Positions 7,391-16,868 of a stretch of 64,000 nucleotides of DNA are shown piece after piece. Below the pieces are notes generated by a model that saw only the letters and a program-made list of their open reading frames with translations, made no database searches and was not told the origin of the DNA. The stretch is from positions 1 to 64,000 of the IMG/VR virus record IMGVR_UViG_3300045988_151707; one strand, 5' to 3'. This DNA comes from a virus. The translations under genes and the position numbers were made by a program. Every line of letters starts with the position of its first letter. Position 1 is the stretch's first letter.

Positions 7391-9217
7391 TTAAGCCGAC
7401 ATCGGCATACCCACACCTATCATGCGGCCCGATCCGTAATAACGCACACCGATTACCAGCGTGTCGAATGCGTCGCTCAGGTCGGTACGGATACTTAAAG
7501 CGGTTTCAGGATCAGCCATTTCATCTGCCGTCAACCGTTTCTTTTCATCTCCCTTCTGTTTCTCAAAACCGTTACGTCCTTCCTTTACACGTGCGTTCTC
7601 CATGGAGGCAATGAGATACTCGTTGTTCTCCTTGTTGATGCGAAGGAACGGGCGCTGCGTGCCGGCAAAGCATCCGTTCAGGAACTCGTACTTCTTGTTG
7701 TGGCTCATGGGCCGTCCCATGGGTACTTCGATGACGTTCCATCCGTGACTGCGAAGCACTTTCTTCACAATGTTGTAGAAACGGGTTTCTTCGTGGCGCT
7801 CGCTGGCGTAGGCGGCTCCCTGCTTGGCGGTGTCGTCGTAGTAGAAAATCACGTCGCGGCAGGTCAGGCGGTGCGGCTCGTAATACTTGCAGAACATCTT
7901 GCAAAGTCCCTCGATACGGGTGTTCTTTACGTTGGTCATGCTGTTGAGTATGCGCAGCACGCCGGTGTTGCTCCGGCTGTCGGTCTGCCCAATCACCAGA
8001 CAGTTGATGTGGGCATTATAATCGAAAGCGATGCGCAGCGGTTCGCCGGGCTTTATGTCGGTGTCCAGACAGCAGTCCTGCGCCTTGGAAAGCTCGTTCA
8101 GGTCGATGCTTTCCGACTCCACACGAAGGGTACGACCGCCTTCGTAGATCTGTGTAATGGTGCGTTTATTGTATTTCTGTGCGGCTTCCAGCTGCTCTTC
8201 GTCGTTACTGAGGTAGCAGTGTACGTCGGGGTCGAAGTTGGCATAATATCCGTCGTTGATTTCTTCCTTCTCGACGTTGCGGATGGAGATGTCGAACATC
8301 GTGGGGGTAAGTTCCTTCTGCATGGTGCGGATGAACTGTTCGCCCAGAATGTCGATGTTTTCTATGCTGGAAAAGGAGAAGTAGATGCTGGCCTGGCAGC
8401 GCAGCTTGTTCAGCTCACGCTGGTATTTGGGAGCCTGCACGATTTCCGGGCAGATCTGTGCCTCACGTATCATTTCGGCAATCTTCCGGTTTATTTCCGG
8501 TGTCTGCTCGTCGCGGCGCTTGCGAAGCCATGCCTGCCGCTTGGTGAGCGGGGCATCGCTTACAAACATAATGCTCTTGTAGAACGGATTCATGTTTTCG
8601 TCGAATCCGGGATGGCTGGTGTTGATACCACGCAAACAGGGAAGTATCTCACCCTTTACCAATGCTTCCGGTTGGAATCTCGCTTCATCGGAGTCAACTG
8701 TGCAGGCATCCATACCGTTACTGGCTGCCTTCACTCCGGTGGAAATCATGTAGTACACAAATCCGTTCCAGAAGTGGATGCAGTTTTCCCATACCTTCGG
8801 CCTTACGATAGGCTCCTTGAAGTTGCATTTTTTTGGCGCATGACCACGGAAAAAATGGACTCCCTCCTTCAGTCCCATTCGTTCGATGGCAGCCATTGTC
8901 TTTGGAACGGTTTTTGTAAAAAGCTGCTTGATACTGTTACCTAAGAAAAGACCTGTTCCGCGCGGCATTGATTGGACGCATCCCAACATGTGAGGTGCAA
9001 TCAGTCCGTCGGTCTTACCGGTACCACGGCCGGCTTCCACGGTGGTGCTCCTGCATCGGTAGTTGTACACCGCACGCTGGGCCGGATTCATATAGATATA
9101 GTTGACCGCAGCTTCCTGCTCCTCAGTTTCCTGCACGCCCGACAATTCCGAGGCGTGCTGTTGTGCCCGTCGGAGTGATTCCTCTCGGGCTGATTCATAA
9201 TCGTTTCGTCGTGCCAT
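7391..9217 (-). CDS. terL: Terminase large subunit
   Basis: Walker A EAGRGTGKTDG, Walker B-like ..CTVDSDEARF, and a C-terminal nuclease-sized domain. 608 aa. Confidence 0.85.
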   Translation of the reverse strand: MARRNDYESAREESLRRAQQHASELSGVQETEEQEAAVNYIYMNPAQRAVYNYRCRSTTVEAGRGTGKTDGLIAPHMLGCVQSMPRGTGLFLGNSIKQLFTKTVPKTMAAIERMGLKEGVHFFRGHAPKKCNFKEPIVRPKVWENCIHFWNGFVYYMISTGVKAASNGMDACTVDSDEARFQPEALVKGEILPCLRGINTSHPGFDENMNPFYKSIMFVSDAPLTKRQAWLRKRRDEQTPEINRKIAEMIREAQICPEIVQAPKYQRELNKLRCQASIYFSFSSIENIDILGEQFIRTMQKELTPTMFDISIRNVEKEEINDGYYANFDPDVHCYLSNDEEQLEAAQKYNKRTITQIYEGGRTLRVESESIDLNELSKAQDCCLDTDIKPGEPLRIAFDYNAHINCLVIGQTDSRSNTGVLRILNSMTNVKNTRIEGLCKMFCKYYEPHRLTCRDVIFYYDDTAKQGAAYASERHEETRFYNIVKKVLRSHGWNVIEVPMGRPMSHNKKYEFLNGCFAGTQRPFLRINKENNEYLIASMENARVKEGRNGFEKQKGDEKKRLTADEMADPETALSIRTDLSDAFDTLVIGVRYYGSGRMIGVGMPMSA

Positions 9218-9220
9218 GTT

Positions 9221-9883
9221 TTATTTCTCCTCTCCCGGCTGTGTAAAATCGTCCCGGATTGATTCTTCTTCCTCATTCAAAGGATTATCTACACTTACAT
9301 ATACTCCGTCTTCTCCTTCTTTCATTTCTATCATACTCTGCCACGGGTCTTGTTTTGCTCCGTATTTATTTCTAATACGTCGCATCTCTTCATTGTCGTG
9401 CGAAGTCTTTTTAGGGAATTTCTTCTGCACATCCGAGGTAACTACCAGTGGCATGTGTATCAGTTCGTCGCCCAGTTCCTCCGGCGTTTCCGGCTGATCC
9501 AGACGTTCAACTTTTGCCAGCAGACTTGCACCGTTGTACACCGCTTTCATGTCGCCCGTATCGGCTCCGTTGCGCATCATCAGGTCGGCGGCGTGGCGCA
9601 CCTTCATTGAGGAAATGTTTCGTTGTCCCTTGGCGTAGAATGACGAAATAAAGTCTATCACCTTCAGGTCGCCTCCCAACTGGCTGTACGTGCGTTTCCA
9701 CCGGTTGATGATGTACTGCCGCAGGTTCATGAACGGGTCCTCCTCAAAGCGCTTGTACGCATCCAGGCAGACTTCCACCCGTTTTTTCTGCTCATCGGTA
9801 AAGGCCATGTTCTGCCACGGCACACCCGTTTCAAAGTGCTTCCGCAGCAGGTCGTAGAATCGTTGTGCTATTTCGCTTGCCAT
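9221..9883 (-). CDS. Hypothetical protein (small-terminase candidate by position only)
   Basis: 220-aa ORF ending 4 nt before terL. No motif recognised. Confidence 0.4.
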   Translation of the reverse strand: MASEIAQRFYDLLRKHFETGVPWQNMAFTDEQKKRVEVCLDAYKRFEEDPFMNLRQYIINRWKRTYSQLGGDLKVIDFISSFYAKGQRNISSMKVRHAADLMMRNGADTGDMKAVYNGASLLAKVERLDQPETPEELGDELIHMPLVVTSDVQKKFPKKTSHDNEEMRRIRNKYGAKQDPWQSMIEMKEGEDGVYVSVDNPLNEEEESIRDDFTQPGEEK

Positions 9884-9911
9884 AGTTTGTGTTTCCGTGT
9901 TTGTGCTTATA

Positions 9912-9946
9912 AATCAGGGGAAATGTTTAACTGATTTCCCCTGATT
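9912..9946. terminator. 13-bp perfect stem intercistronic hairpin
   Basis: AATCAGGGGAAAT-GTTTAACTG-ATTTCCCCTGATT between genes 9960-10667 and 9221-9883. No clear T-tail on the minus strand. Confidence 0.45.
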
Positions 9947-9959
9947 CTTTAGATTTGTA

Positions 9960-10667
9960 TCATTGCAAAATCTCCCAGTCTTCTGCGAATACATCCGCTA
10001 TGGAAGGATTCCATGAGTCAGCACGACCGGTATTTTCATTGTAAATAAGGCACTGGCACGTGTAATCAATAAATCCTTTTCCTTTCAGGATGATTTCTTT
10101 GGCGGATTGTGGGAGTGATTGCATTTTCGGTATTACATCGTTTCCAATGTGTGAAGGAACCTGCTTGACGACAAACATACCTTTACCATTCCATCCTTTT
10201 CTGCGGATACAAAGGCCAAACTTTAAAGCTTCTATTGCTTCACCAAAACTGTATAAGGTATTACACTTCGTTTTGCTACCGTTTGCATATTCAATACGGT
10301 TATGTAAAGTCCCAAGATAGCTTCCCATAGCTTCTCTTTGAAGGTGCATAAGGAAAGCTGGATAATCTTCTTTGATTACCTCACGGAATTTTTCTGAATC
10401 TACGAATGAGCTACACTTTTCATACTTTTCTGATAGCTCTTCGTCTTCAATCATCATTCTGTCAATGAAAGTTTCAACACATTTGTACCTTTCCTCAAAT
10501 TCTGCTTTTGGAATAAAACTTACGCATCCATTGGAATCTACCACCTTGTATCCTTCCACTCTCGGTTCCATGGTTTTGGGGGTTGCATCCGTAGGAAGGT
10601 AAATATTACCACCTTTCAGAATTGCTTCTGTAGCCTGTACTTCTTCTGTTCTAATAAATTTCTTCAT
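9960..10667 (-). CDS. Two-domain protein with C-terminal DUF2829 (Tad2-like, anti-Thoeris family) domain
   Basis: C-terminal ~100 aa FGEAIEALKFGLCIRRKGWNGKGMFV...WNPSIADVFAEDWEIL match the DUF2829 hallmark (RKGW..G......W.P...D..A.DW.I). N-terminal ~135 aa unassigned. Confidence 0.7.
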   Translation of the reverse strand: MKKFIRTEEVQATEAILKGGNIYLPTDATPKTMEPRVEGYKVVDSNGCVSFIPKAEFEERYKCVETFIDRMMIEDEELSEKYEKCSSFVDSEKFREVIKEDYPAFLMHLQREAMGSYLGTLHNRIEYANGSKTKCNTLYSFGEAIEALKFGLCIRRKGWNGKGMFVVKQVPSHIGNDVIPKMQSLPQSAKEIILKGKGFIDYTCQCLIYNENTGRADSWNPSIADVFAEDWEILQ

Positions 10668-10798
10668 AATCTTCTTAATTTAATATTGTATTAATCTGAA
10701 AAACAACTATTTAACTTTTAATGTAAAAATAAGCACATCGAAACATGCTTATTTTTACATTTGGCTACGAAACCATTTTCGTGACCATACGGAAATGG

Positions 10799-11371
10799 TT
10801 ACTGCTTGAATATGCTTTTCGTATGCTCCTTCATCCGAAACATCTCCGCCACATTCTCATACTCTTCCGGCGAAGTGGTAAGTGTGAACATCTGCATGGC
10901 GTTACTGCGCTGGGTGTTCAGGCTTCCCTGGATAACCAGGCTGTGCGATTTGCTTTTCACCGTGACGCAGCGGAAACCCACATTGTCCTCACAAACCACC
11001 AGCCGGCCCGACTGTATAAACTCGCCCAACTGCGTGCGAATCTCCTGTCGCTGGTTGAAGGTGGCTCCTGTGGATGCAGGCTGCGAAATGAGTATCATTT
11101 TGCTGACATCAGCAATATGGTCCGACGGATTTGTAGGATCGGGCTTCACACGCGAAAGAATGCGACGGATGGTTTGAATGAGCTTTACATCGAGCCGCAC
11201 CATGACAATGCCCATTTCACCTCCGGAACAGTAGCCGGACAGCGTGCCCAGCAGGTCGCACATATCCCAGTCAGAAAAACTGAAGAAGTTGGCAGCCGTG
11301 TGCTTTTTGCTGCACTCGTCAATCATGCCTTCCAGCTGCTTGTGGTAGCAGCAGGGTTCAATTATTCTCAT
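10799..11371 (-). CDS. Hypothetical protein
   Basis: 190-aa ORF; its start overlaps the stop of the upstream gene by 4 nt. Confidence 0.5.
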   Translation of the reverse strand: MRIIEPCCYHKQLEGMIDECSKKHTAANFFSFSDWDMCDLLGTLSGYCSGGEMGIVMVRLDVKLIQTIRRILSRVKPDPTNPSDHIADVSKMILISQPASTGATFNQRQEIRTQLGEFIQSGRLVVCEDNVGFRCVTVKSKSHSLVIQGSLNTQRSNAMQMFTLTTSPEEYENVAEMFRMKEHTKSIFKQ

Positions 11372-12570
11372 AACGCACCTCCTTTCATCTGTCCTTCGGT
11401 CACACTCTCAGTAGGGTCTACTTTCTTGCGCGGAGTTTCTGTAGCTTTTTTCGGTTCTTCTGCCGATTTTTGGCGGTTTTCCGTGGATTCGGCACGTTTT
11501 TCCTCATTTACGGTAGTATTTTCGGCCTTTTCGGATTTCTTTTCTGATTTTACTTCCGTTTCTTTCGGTTCCGCTTTATCGGTGGAAGCTGGCTTTTCTT
11601 CTGTATGTACGGATGCAACCGGAGCGTTTACACCGGGAATGGAGATACCGGCTGCAGTAGCTACTTCTGCCGTTTTCTTAGGCAGGTTTTCTCCCCATTC
11701 CATCAGCTCCTCGATACGAAGGCGAAGCTGTTCCTTGTACTCCTCGGTAATCTTCACGTCGCTGCGGTTGATGTATTTCTTGTTTCCTTCCACGCGGGCC
11801 TTGCGGCATACTTCCTGCTGGCGTACATCCTTCATGGCTTCTATCTCGGCACGGGTAAAGTCGCCAGGACGTTTCATGCTGTCGGCTGTGGAAGTTTCCT
11901 GCTCGGTGTAGGTACCGTTCAGTGCTGCATCCACATTGGTCCAGAACGCGCGGATTTTCTGCTCGGATGCGATGGCTTTCTTGGCCATGTCCGCGCGTGC
12001 TTCGTCGCTTACGTTGGGATTTTCGGCCATTACTTCCAGCGTGCCGCGATACTCGGCCAGTTCCAGGTACATGGTGGAAAGTTCTTTTTCTCCCTTGTCG
12101 CGGAGAGATTTCGGCAGCTTATCTTTATAGAGGGCAAATTCTTTCGGTCTGCGACCGTCCACTTCCTGCTCTTCGTACTGGCGTGCGGTCATGTTTCCTT
12201 CTTCATCGGGCGCACCATCATCCGGAACAATCGCTTTGTAACGAACGGTTCCAACCGGACCGCGAGTGGCTTTCTTGGCCAGTCCGGATTTCTTCCGTAC
12301 TTCCTGCAGGAACAGGTTCATCTTGTTGAGTGCACGGCGGGCTTCATAGCGCTGTACGTCGCGAAGGAAATCCTTTGCCCGCACAATGGCCGACACCAGA
12401 CGGCATCCTTCGTCGAAATCCTTCACAGGCACCTTCATCCAGCATTCGGCCAGCGCCAGCAGTTCCGGAAAAGTTTCGTCCGTCCATCGTTTCACCCGGT
12501 CCAGATAATCTTTCTTTTCTTCCTCGTTCATGGTTCTGTAGTCTTTTAAGTATTCTTTTTCTGTAATCAT
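11368..12570 (-). CDS. Hypothetical highly charged protein (Lys/Glu-rich C-terminus)
   Basis: 400-aa ORF, first gene after a late-type promoter. Low-complexity KE-rich tail. Confidence 0.6.
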   Translation of the reverse strand: MITEKEYLKDYRTMNEEEKKDYLDRVKRWTDETFPELLALAECWMKVPVKDFDEGCRLVSAIVRAKDFLRDVQRYEARRALNKMNLFLQEVRKKSGLAKKATRGPVGTVRYKAIVPDDGAPDEEGNMTARQYEEQEVDGRRPKEFALYKDKLPKSLRDKGEKELSTMYLELAEYRGTLEVMAENPNVSDEARADMAKKAIASEQKIRAFWTNVDAALNGTYTEQETSTADSMKRPGDFTRAEIEAMKDVRQQEVCRKARVEGNKKYINRSDVKITEEYKEQLRLRIEELMEWGENLPKKTAEVATAAGISIPGVNAPVASVHTEEKPASTDKAEPKETEVKSEKKSEKAENTTVNEEKRAESTENRQKSAEEPKKATETPRKKVDPTESVTEGQMKGGAL

Positions 12571-12597
12571 AACCTTTGTTTTTCAATTACTTTACCC

Positions 12598-12640
12598 CAA
12601 AAGTAGGGAAAACCTATATGTCGTTGAAGGACATAAAAAA
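12598..12640 (-). promoter_or_regulatory. Late-type promoter module (GTCCTTCA-N19-TACTTTTG)
   Basis: Minus strand reads TTTTTATGTCCTTCA-N19-TACTTTTG, ~25 nt upstream of the ATG at 12570. Confidence 0.65.
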
Positions 12641-12670
12641 GTCCGGCACCGATTAGCAAGTGCCGGACTT
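12640..12670 (-). terminator. Rho-independent terminator feeding directly into the promoter module
   Basis: AGTCCGGCAC-loop-GTGCCGGACT followed on the minus strand by TTTTT. Confidence 0.7.
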
Positions 12671-12711
12671 TCATCCACTTTTTCGTTTGTTAGAATATGC
12701 AAATCAAACGG

Positions 12712-13269
12712 TTATCCTCCATCTTCTGAACTTGCCTCTGGTTTCAGCGTCAATGTACCCGACCAGGTAGTCAGGGAGTAGCGGTTCGGGTTGCTGGTCA
12801 CTGTTACCGCATGACCGCTGTCAGAATCCGGAGTGGTACCGCTATCGTAGTTGTTGTTCACTTCCGTACCAAAAGTAGGATCGTACACTACGTAATAACC
12901 TCCTGCAGGGTTTTCCGCAAAGAAAATAGCGTCACCACGGTTCTTCAGGATACGGAGCACATGGGCTGCGTTCTCCACGTCCTTGTCGATGGTAAACATC
13001 AGCTGTACGTTATAGCCCTTTGCACCTTCGTTACCAGTTGAAGAAATCTGACCGCTCTGTTTCTTGATACGGAACTTCCACGCTCCCTTACCAGGAGAAA
13101 AAGCAAAAGAAGCTTCAGTAAATGCAGCTTTAGATGCTTCATATACAGGCTTTGCCGTAAGGTCTTCCGGATAAGCGACATAAATCTGATTACCGATACC
13201 GGCAAACTGTTCATCGCAACCGGCAGCAGCCTGACCAATATCCATTAAGTCACATGATAATTCTGCCAT
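12712..13269 (-). CDS. Virion-associated protein, tandem paralogue 1 (function unknown; decoration or tail-tube candidate)
   Basis: 185 aa and >85% identical to 13300-13842. Second gene downstream of the capsid gene, after paralogue 2. Confidence 0.6.
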   Translation of the reverse strand: MAELSCDLMDIGQAAAGCDEQFAGIGNQIYVAYPEDLTAKPVYEASKAAFTEASFAFSPGKGAWKFRIKKQSGQISSTGNEGAKGYNVQLMFTIDKDVENAAHVLRILKNRGDAIFFAENPAGGYYVVYDPTFGTEVNNNYDSGTTPDSDSGHAVTVTSNPNRYSLTTWSGTLTLKPEASSEDGG

Positions 13270-13299
13270 AATTGTCTTATTTTGAAGTTTGTATAATCG

Positions 13300-13842
13300 T
13301 TATCCCAGTCCCGATTTGATAGTCAGAGTTCCGTCCCAGGTAGTCAGGGAGTATCTGTTCGGGTTGCTGGTAACAGTTACTGCATGACCGCTATCAGAAT
13401 CCGGAGTAGTACCACTGTCGTAGTTGTTGTTAACTTCCGTACCGAAAGTAGGGTCGTACACTACGTAATAACCTCCTGACGGGTTTTCTGCAAAGAAAAT
13501 AGCGTCACCACGGTTTTTCAGGATGCGGAGCACATGAGCTGCGTTTTCCACGTCCTTGTCTATGGTAAACATCAGCTGTACGTTGTATCCTTTTGCCCCT
13601 TCGTTACCAGTTGAAGAAATCTGTCCGCTCTGTTTCTTAATACGGAACTTCCAGGCTCCTTTACTGGCCTTGAAAGTAAATGCTCCTGAAGCAAAAGCCG
13701 CTTTTCTCTCATCGTATGTGGGAGGTGCTTTCAAATCTTCCGGATAGGCTACATATATCTGATTACCGATACCGGCAAACTGTTCTTCGCAACCGGCAGC
13801 AGCCTGACCAATATCCATTAAGTCGCATGATAATTCTGCCAT
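13300..13842 (-). CDS. Virion-associated protein, tandem paralogue 2
   Basis: 180 aa. Identical N-terminus MAELSCDLMDIGQAAAGC. Divergence is concentrated at residues ~38-60 and the last ~10 residues. Confidence 0.6.
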   Translation of the reverse strand: MAELSCDLMDIGQAAAGCEEQFAGIGNQIYVAYPEDLKAPPTYDERKAAFASGAFTFKASKGAWKFRIKKQSGQISSTGNEGAKGYNVQLMFTIDKDVENAAHVLRILKNRGDAIFFAENPSGGYYVVYDPTFGTEVNNNYDSGTTPDSDSGHAVTVTSNPNRYSLTTWDGTLTIKSGLG

Positions 13843-13879
13843 AATTGTCTGGTTTTAAAAGTTTGTGTTTGTGTTGTGA

Positions 13880-13901
13880 AGGCTGCCGTTTCCGGCAGCC
13901 T
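13880..13901. terminator. GC-rich hairpin between the capsid gene and the tandem paralogues (attenuator or terminator candidate)
   Basis: AGGCTGCCG-TTTC-CGGCAGCCT. The T-rich tail is only on the plus strand, so its role on the minus-strand transcript is uncertain. Confidence 0.45.
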
Positions 13902-13921
13902 GTTTTATCTCAGCGGGCGGG

Positions 13922-15178
13922 TTACTCTTCGTCGTCCGGTTCGAAGATGGCCTGAAGGTAAGTCGGGGATCCGTCGTAAACGATGTCACGCGGAGAGATT
14001 GTTGCACCGTCGCTCCATGCCTTGAACTTGTATCCAGATTCAGCAGCAGGAGTCAGTTTCACGGTTTCGTCCTTCGTATATACATCCTTTTGCGGTGAAA
14101 GCGTTACCTTACCCCATTCTTCGTTGTTGGAAGTAACGGTCAGGGTATTCTTCTGGTAGTCACCGTTCAGCTGTTCAATCTGTTCGATAGTACCGTCGCT
14201 CACACAGAACTTGGATGGTGCGATGTCCAGAATACGTGCGCCTACGGTAGACTGTACCTGGAAAATCAGCACGTTCAAGTCGTTCGGGTCGTGACTCATC
14301 ATCACCGCGTTCCAGTCGCTTGCACGGTCAAGACCGAACTGCAGGTTTTCAGGGAGAGTAGCAATCATACGATTACCCTTACCAATAATACCGTCGGTTA
14401 CAATCTTGATGTTTTCCATTCCCACAAATGAGAATCCTTCACCGCCTGCACTTGTAGTCTGCAATCCGGTAAACTTACGCATGTAGCTGTGGGTAATGAG
14501 TCGCTTCTGCTTCGGAGACATGTAAACGATTACTTCCTGAGCGTTACGCAACAGCGGATGCCATCCTTCCACCCATTCTACAAATGCGTCGAAGTGTTCT
14601 CCATCCTGAGTTTCAGGACCGTCGTTAATCGGGTCGCAAGCCACAAGGTTTCCTTCCTTGGAAGAAATCTTACCCTGATTAATAAGGTTGTTAATGATAG
14701 TCCAGTAACCGTTGTACAGACTGAGCGGGTCGTCTTCTCCCAATTCAATGTTACCGAAGAAAAGGTTGCTCAGGTTATCGCCGGCAAACTGCTTACCAAT
14801 CTGACGAAGGATAAATTCTGTAACCGGTGCATTGTAGGTTCCGTTTGAACCCAGGATGCTGAACGGCTGTTTTTCGCGGAAGTTCTGAAGGTTTTCGAAG
14901 TAACGTGACCAAATCTGGTTCATCACCAGTTTGCTTTCGTCCATGAAACCAAGGGTTGACTTCAGCGTAGAACCTTCCTTGTAACGGCGGGCTTCACCAC
15001 CCTTACGACGGAAAATGATTTGAGTCTGTGCGTATTCAATATCTTCGATAACCTTGATGCGAAGTTTGTTAAACACTGCCATGTTATCGAGAACCGGGCT
15101 TTCGATGATGTCCGGAGCAAGAATGTCTTTTACGTGCGAAACATTCTCTTCACTGAGTGCGTATAACTTTGTAGCCAT
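13922..15178 (-). CDS. Major capsid protein candidate with C-terminal Listeria/Bacteroides-repeat (Flg_new-like) domain
   Basis: 418 aa, immediately downstream of the protease-scaffold gene. C-terminal ..VKLTPAAESGYKFKAWSDG.. resembles the GY.F.GW repeat. Confidence 0.65.
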   Translation of the reverse strand: MATKLYALSEENVSHVKDILAPDIIESPVLDNMAVFNKLRIKVIEDIEYAQTQIIFRRKGGEARRYKEGSTLKSTLGFMDESKLVMNQIWSRYFENLQNFREKQPFSILGSNGTYNAPVTEFILRQIGKQFAGDNLSNLFFGNIELGEDDPLSLYNGYWTIINNLINQGKISSKEGNLVACDPINDGPETQDGEHFDAFVEWVEGWHPLLRNAQEVIVYMSPKQKRLITHSYMRKFTGLQTTSAGGEGFSFVGMENIKIVTDGIIGKGNRMIATLPENLQFGLDRASDWNAVMMSHDPNDLNVLIFQVQSTVGARILDIAPSKFCVSDGTIEQIEQLNGDYQKNTLTVTSNNEEWGKVTLSPQKDVYTKDETVKLTPAAESGYKFKAWSDGATISPRDIVYDGSPTYLQAIFEPDDEE

Positions 15179-15221
15179 ATTGTTTGTGTCTGGTTTAGTT
15201 TTTGTGTCGTGTTCTTATCTC

Positions 15222-16796
15222 TTATCGTGCTTTGCTGATTTCAGCATCACGCTTGCGGCGGGCTTCAGCTTTTTCGGCCCAGCTCATGTTTTCACCGCAT
15301 ACGCTCTGCACATGGAACTGTCCGCTTTCCTGACCTCCATTGTTGTCTTTCGGAGGGTCCTGCGGAGTAGGTTCCAGCTGTGCCGTTTCGCTCAGCTCCT
15401 TGATTTCCGCATCCTTTTGTTCGATGCTCTTCTGAGCTTCATTCAGCTTCGCTGTCAGGTCTTCCGATTCCTTCTTATGAGCGTCCTTCAATGAAGAAAC
15501 CTCTTTTTCGTGTTCCGCTTTCAGGTTTGCCAGCGCTTCCGCATGGTCTTTCTTCATCTTTTCAATGGTTGCGTTAAGCTGTTCTACTTCCGTGAGTTTT
15601 GCAGCCAGCGTAGATTCCGTCTGTTTAGCTTTCATGACGAACGCTTCTACATTGTCCGCCATGGTTTCCACCATGTAGAAACCGCCGTTTTCTTCGACTA
15701 CCAGAGAGTTTACCTGTGCAGCCGACTGAATAAAGGGATAGCTTTTTGCCATAGTTGCTTGTTTTTGAGTTTGTGATTCTGTTTTATATGATGCCGGCTG
15801 CTCCACAGAAGCCTGTTCCTGTGTTCCCGGCTGCTTTTCTTCCTTGATTCCTGCCGATTTGCTTTCTTCGCGTGAGGCTCCGGACGAATTTCCTTTCTGA
15901 CTCTGACTCACTCCGGCCAGCTGCTGCACGCGGTTCACGCAAAACTTGAAGTCACCCTGACCGTCGACCATGGTACCCACCACATCGCCCGCATCGAAAG
16001 TTTTTCCGGTCAGCTGGTCGTCCGTCACTCTGGGACGGCGCTCGCGTACCATCTGCTGAAAGTCGGCACAAAGCCGGTTCAGCTCTTCCTTGATGCCTTC
16101 GTAGTTTCCCTCGGCCGCGTCGCGGTACTCCTTGTTCTTATAAGGAGATCCGTCGGCGTAAATCTCGGCGTAGCGCTCCTGGGTCACGGTGTTCACATCG
16201 CCGTCCTTGTTAGTGAGCATCGCGCACATGGTACCGATACATCCCACCGTGTCGTGCGGATTGGTGAAATACACTTCGTCGCACAGGGCCATCAGCGCAT
16301 AACCGGCACTGCAGGCCATCCCGTCGATGTGACCGACAATCTTCTTTCCTTTTGATCGTGCGTAGTTGAGGGCCATCTCATAGTCGTATTTCGCCATGCT
16401 GCTACCGCCCGGGCTGTCCATCTCGATAATAAATCCGATGGTATGCGCATCGTCAGAAGCACGCATGATGATGTCCTTGTGTTCCTTGCTTCCGTAGGAG
16501 CACAGGTCGCCATTACGAAGAATGGGGCCCTGTACGTCGATAACCGAAATGATGCGGTCGTCTTCTTCCAAATCGTACCAGTAGGTTATGCGGTCGTAAT
16601 TACCCACGTAGGTTTTCTCCGTAAACCCGTCGCGCGAAGAAAGGAAGTAAGGTCGGTCGGTCCGCTCGTCCGGCTTCTCGTAAGGACGGTGTGAGGCAAT
16701 GTTGTCAAGAATCGTTCTCCGGTAAGCATGCAGAGACTCCGGGTAAAAGTCCCAGAATCGCGTAGACATAATTTCGTGAAATGCTCTTGTTGCCAT
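15222..16796 (-). CDS. S49 (SppA/ClpP-fold) prohead protease fused to a coiled-coil scaffold domain
   Basis: ..IIEMDSPGGSS...IDGMACSAGYALMALCDEVYFT..VGCIGTM. C-terminal heptad-rich ..KLTEVEQLNATIEKMKKDHAEALANLKAEHEKE.. Confidence 0.85.
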   Translation of the reverse strand: MATRAFHEIMSTRFWDFYPESLHAYRRTILDNIASHRPYEKPDERTDRPYFLSSRDGFTEKTYVGNYDRITYWYDLEEDDRIISVIDVQGPILRNGDLCSYGSKEHKDIIMRASDDAHTIGFIIEMDSPGGSSMAKYDYEMALNYARSKGKKIVGHIDGMACSAGYALMALCDEVYFTNPHDTVGCIGTMCAMLTNKDGDVNTVTQERYAEIYADGSPYKNKEYRDAAEGNYEGIKEELNRLCADFQQMVRERRPRVTDDQLTGKTFDAGDVVGTMVDGQGDFKFCVNRVQQLAGVSQSQKGNSSGASREESKSAGIKEEKQPGTQEQASVEQPASYKTESQTQKQATMAKSYPFIQSAAQVNSLVVEENGGFYMVETMADNVEAFVMKAKQTESTLAAKLTEVEQLNATIEKMKKDHAEALANLKAEHEKEVSSLKDAHKKESEDLTAKLNEAQKSIEQKDAEIKELSETAQLEPTPQDPPKDNNGGQESGQFHVQSVCGENMSWAEKAEARRKRDAEISKAR

Positions 16797-16825
16797 TTTC
16801 GTTTGATAATTAATTGATTACATCA

Positions 16826-16868
16826 CGAAATTACGCACGCGAAATGCGGTAATGAAGGACACAAAAAA
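16826..16868 (-). promoter_or_regulatory. Late-type promoter module (GTCCTTCA-N19-TAATTTCG)
   Basis: Minus strand reads TTTTTTGTGTCCTTCA-N19-TAATTTCG, ~30 nt upstream of the ATG at 16796. Confidence 0.6.

Noticed and set aside
7700-8944. 414-aa plus-strand ORF antisense to the terminase gene
   Set aside because: It lies entirely within terL, which has clear motifs. Its composition is dominated by V/G/H/A/L, typical of the antisense frame of a GC-balanced gene. No independent start context.
10745-12549. Plus-strand ORFs 10745-11911 (388 aa) and 11605-12549 (314 aa)
   Set aside because: Both are antisense to tightly packed minus-strand genes. They have low-complexity S/F/R/L-rich sequences, and their span would cross the boundary between two minus-strand genes.
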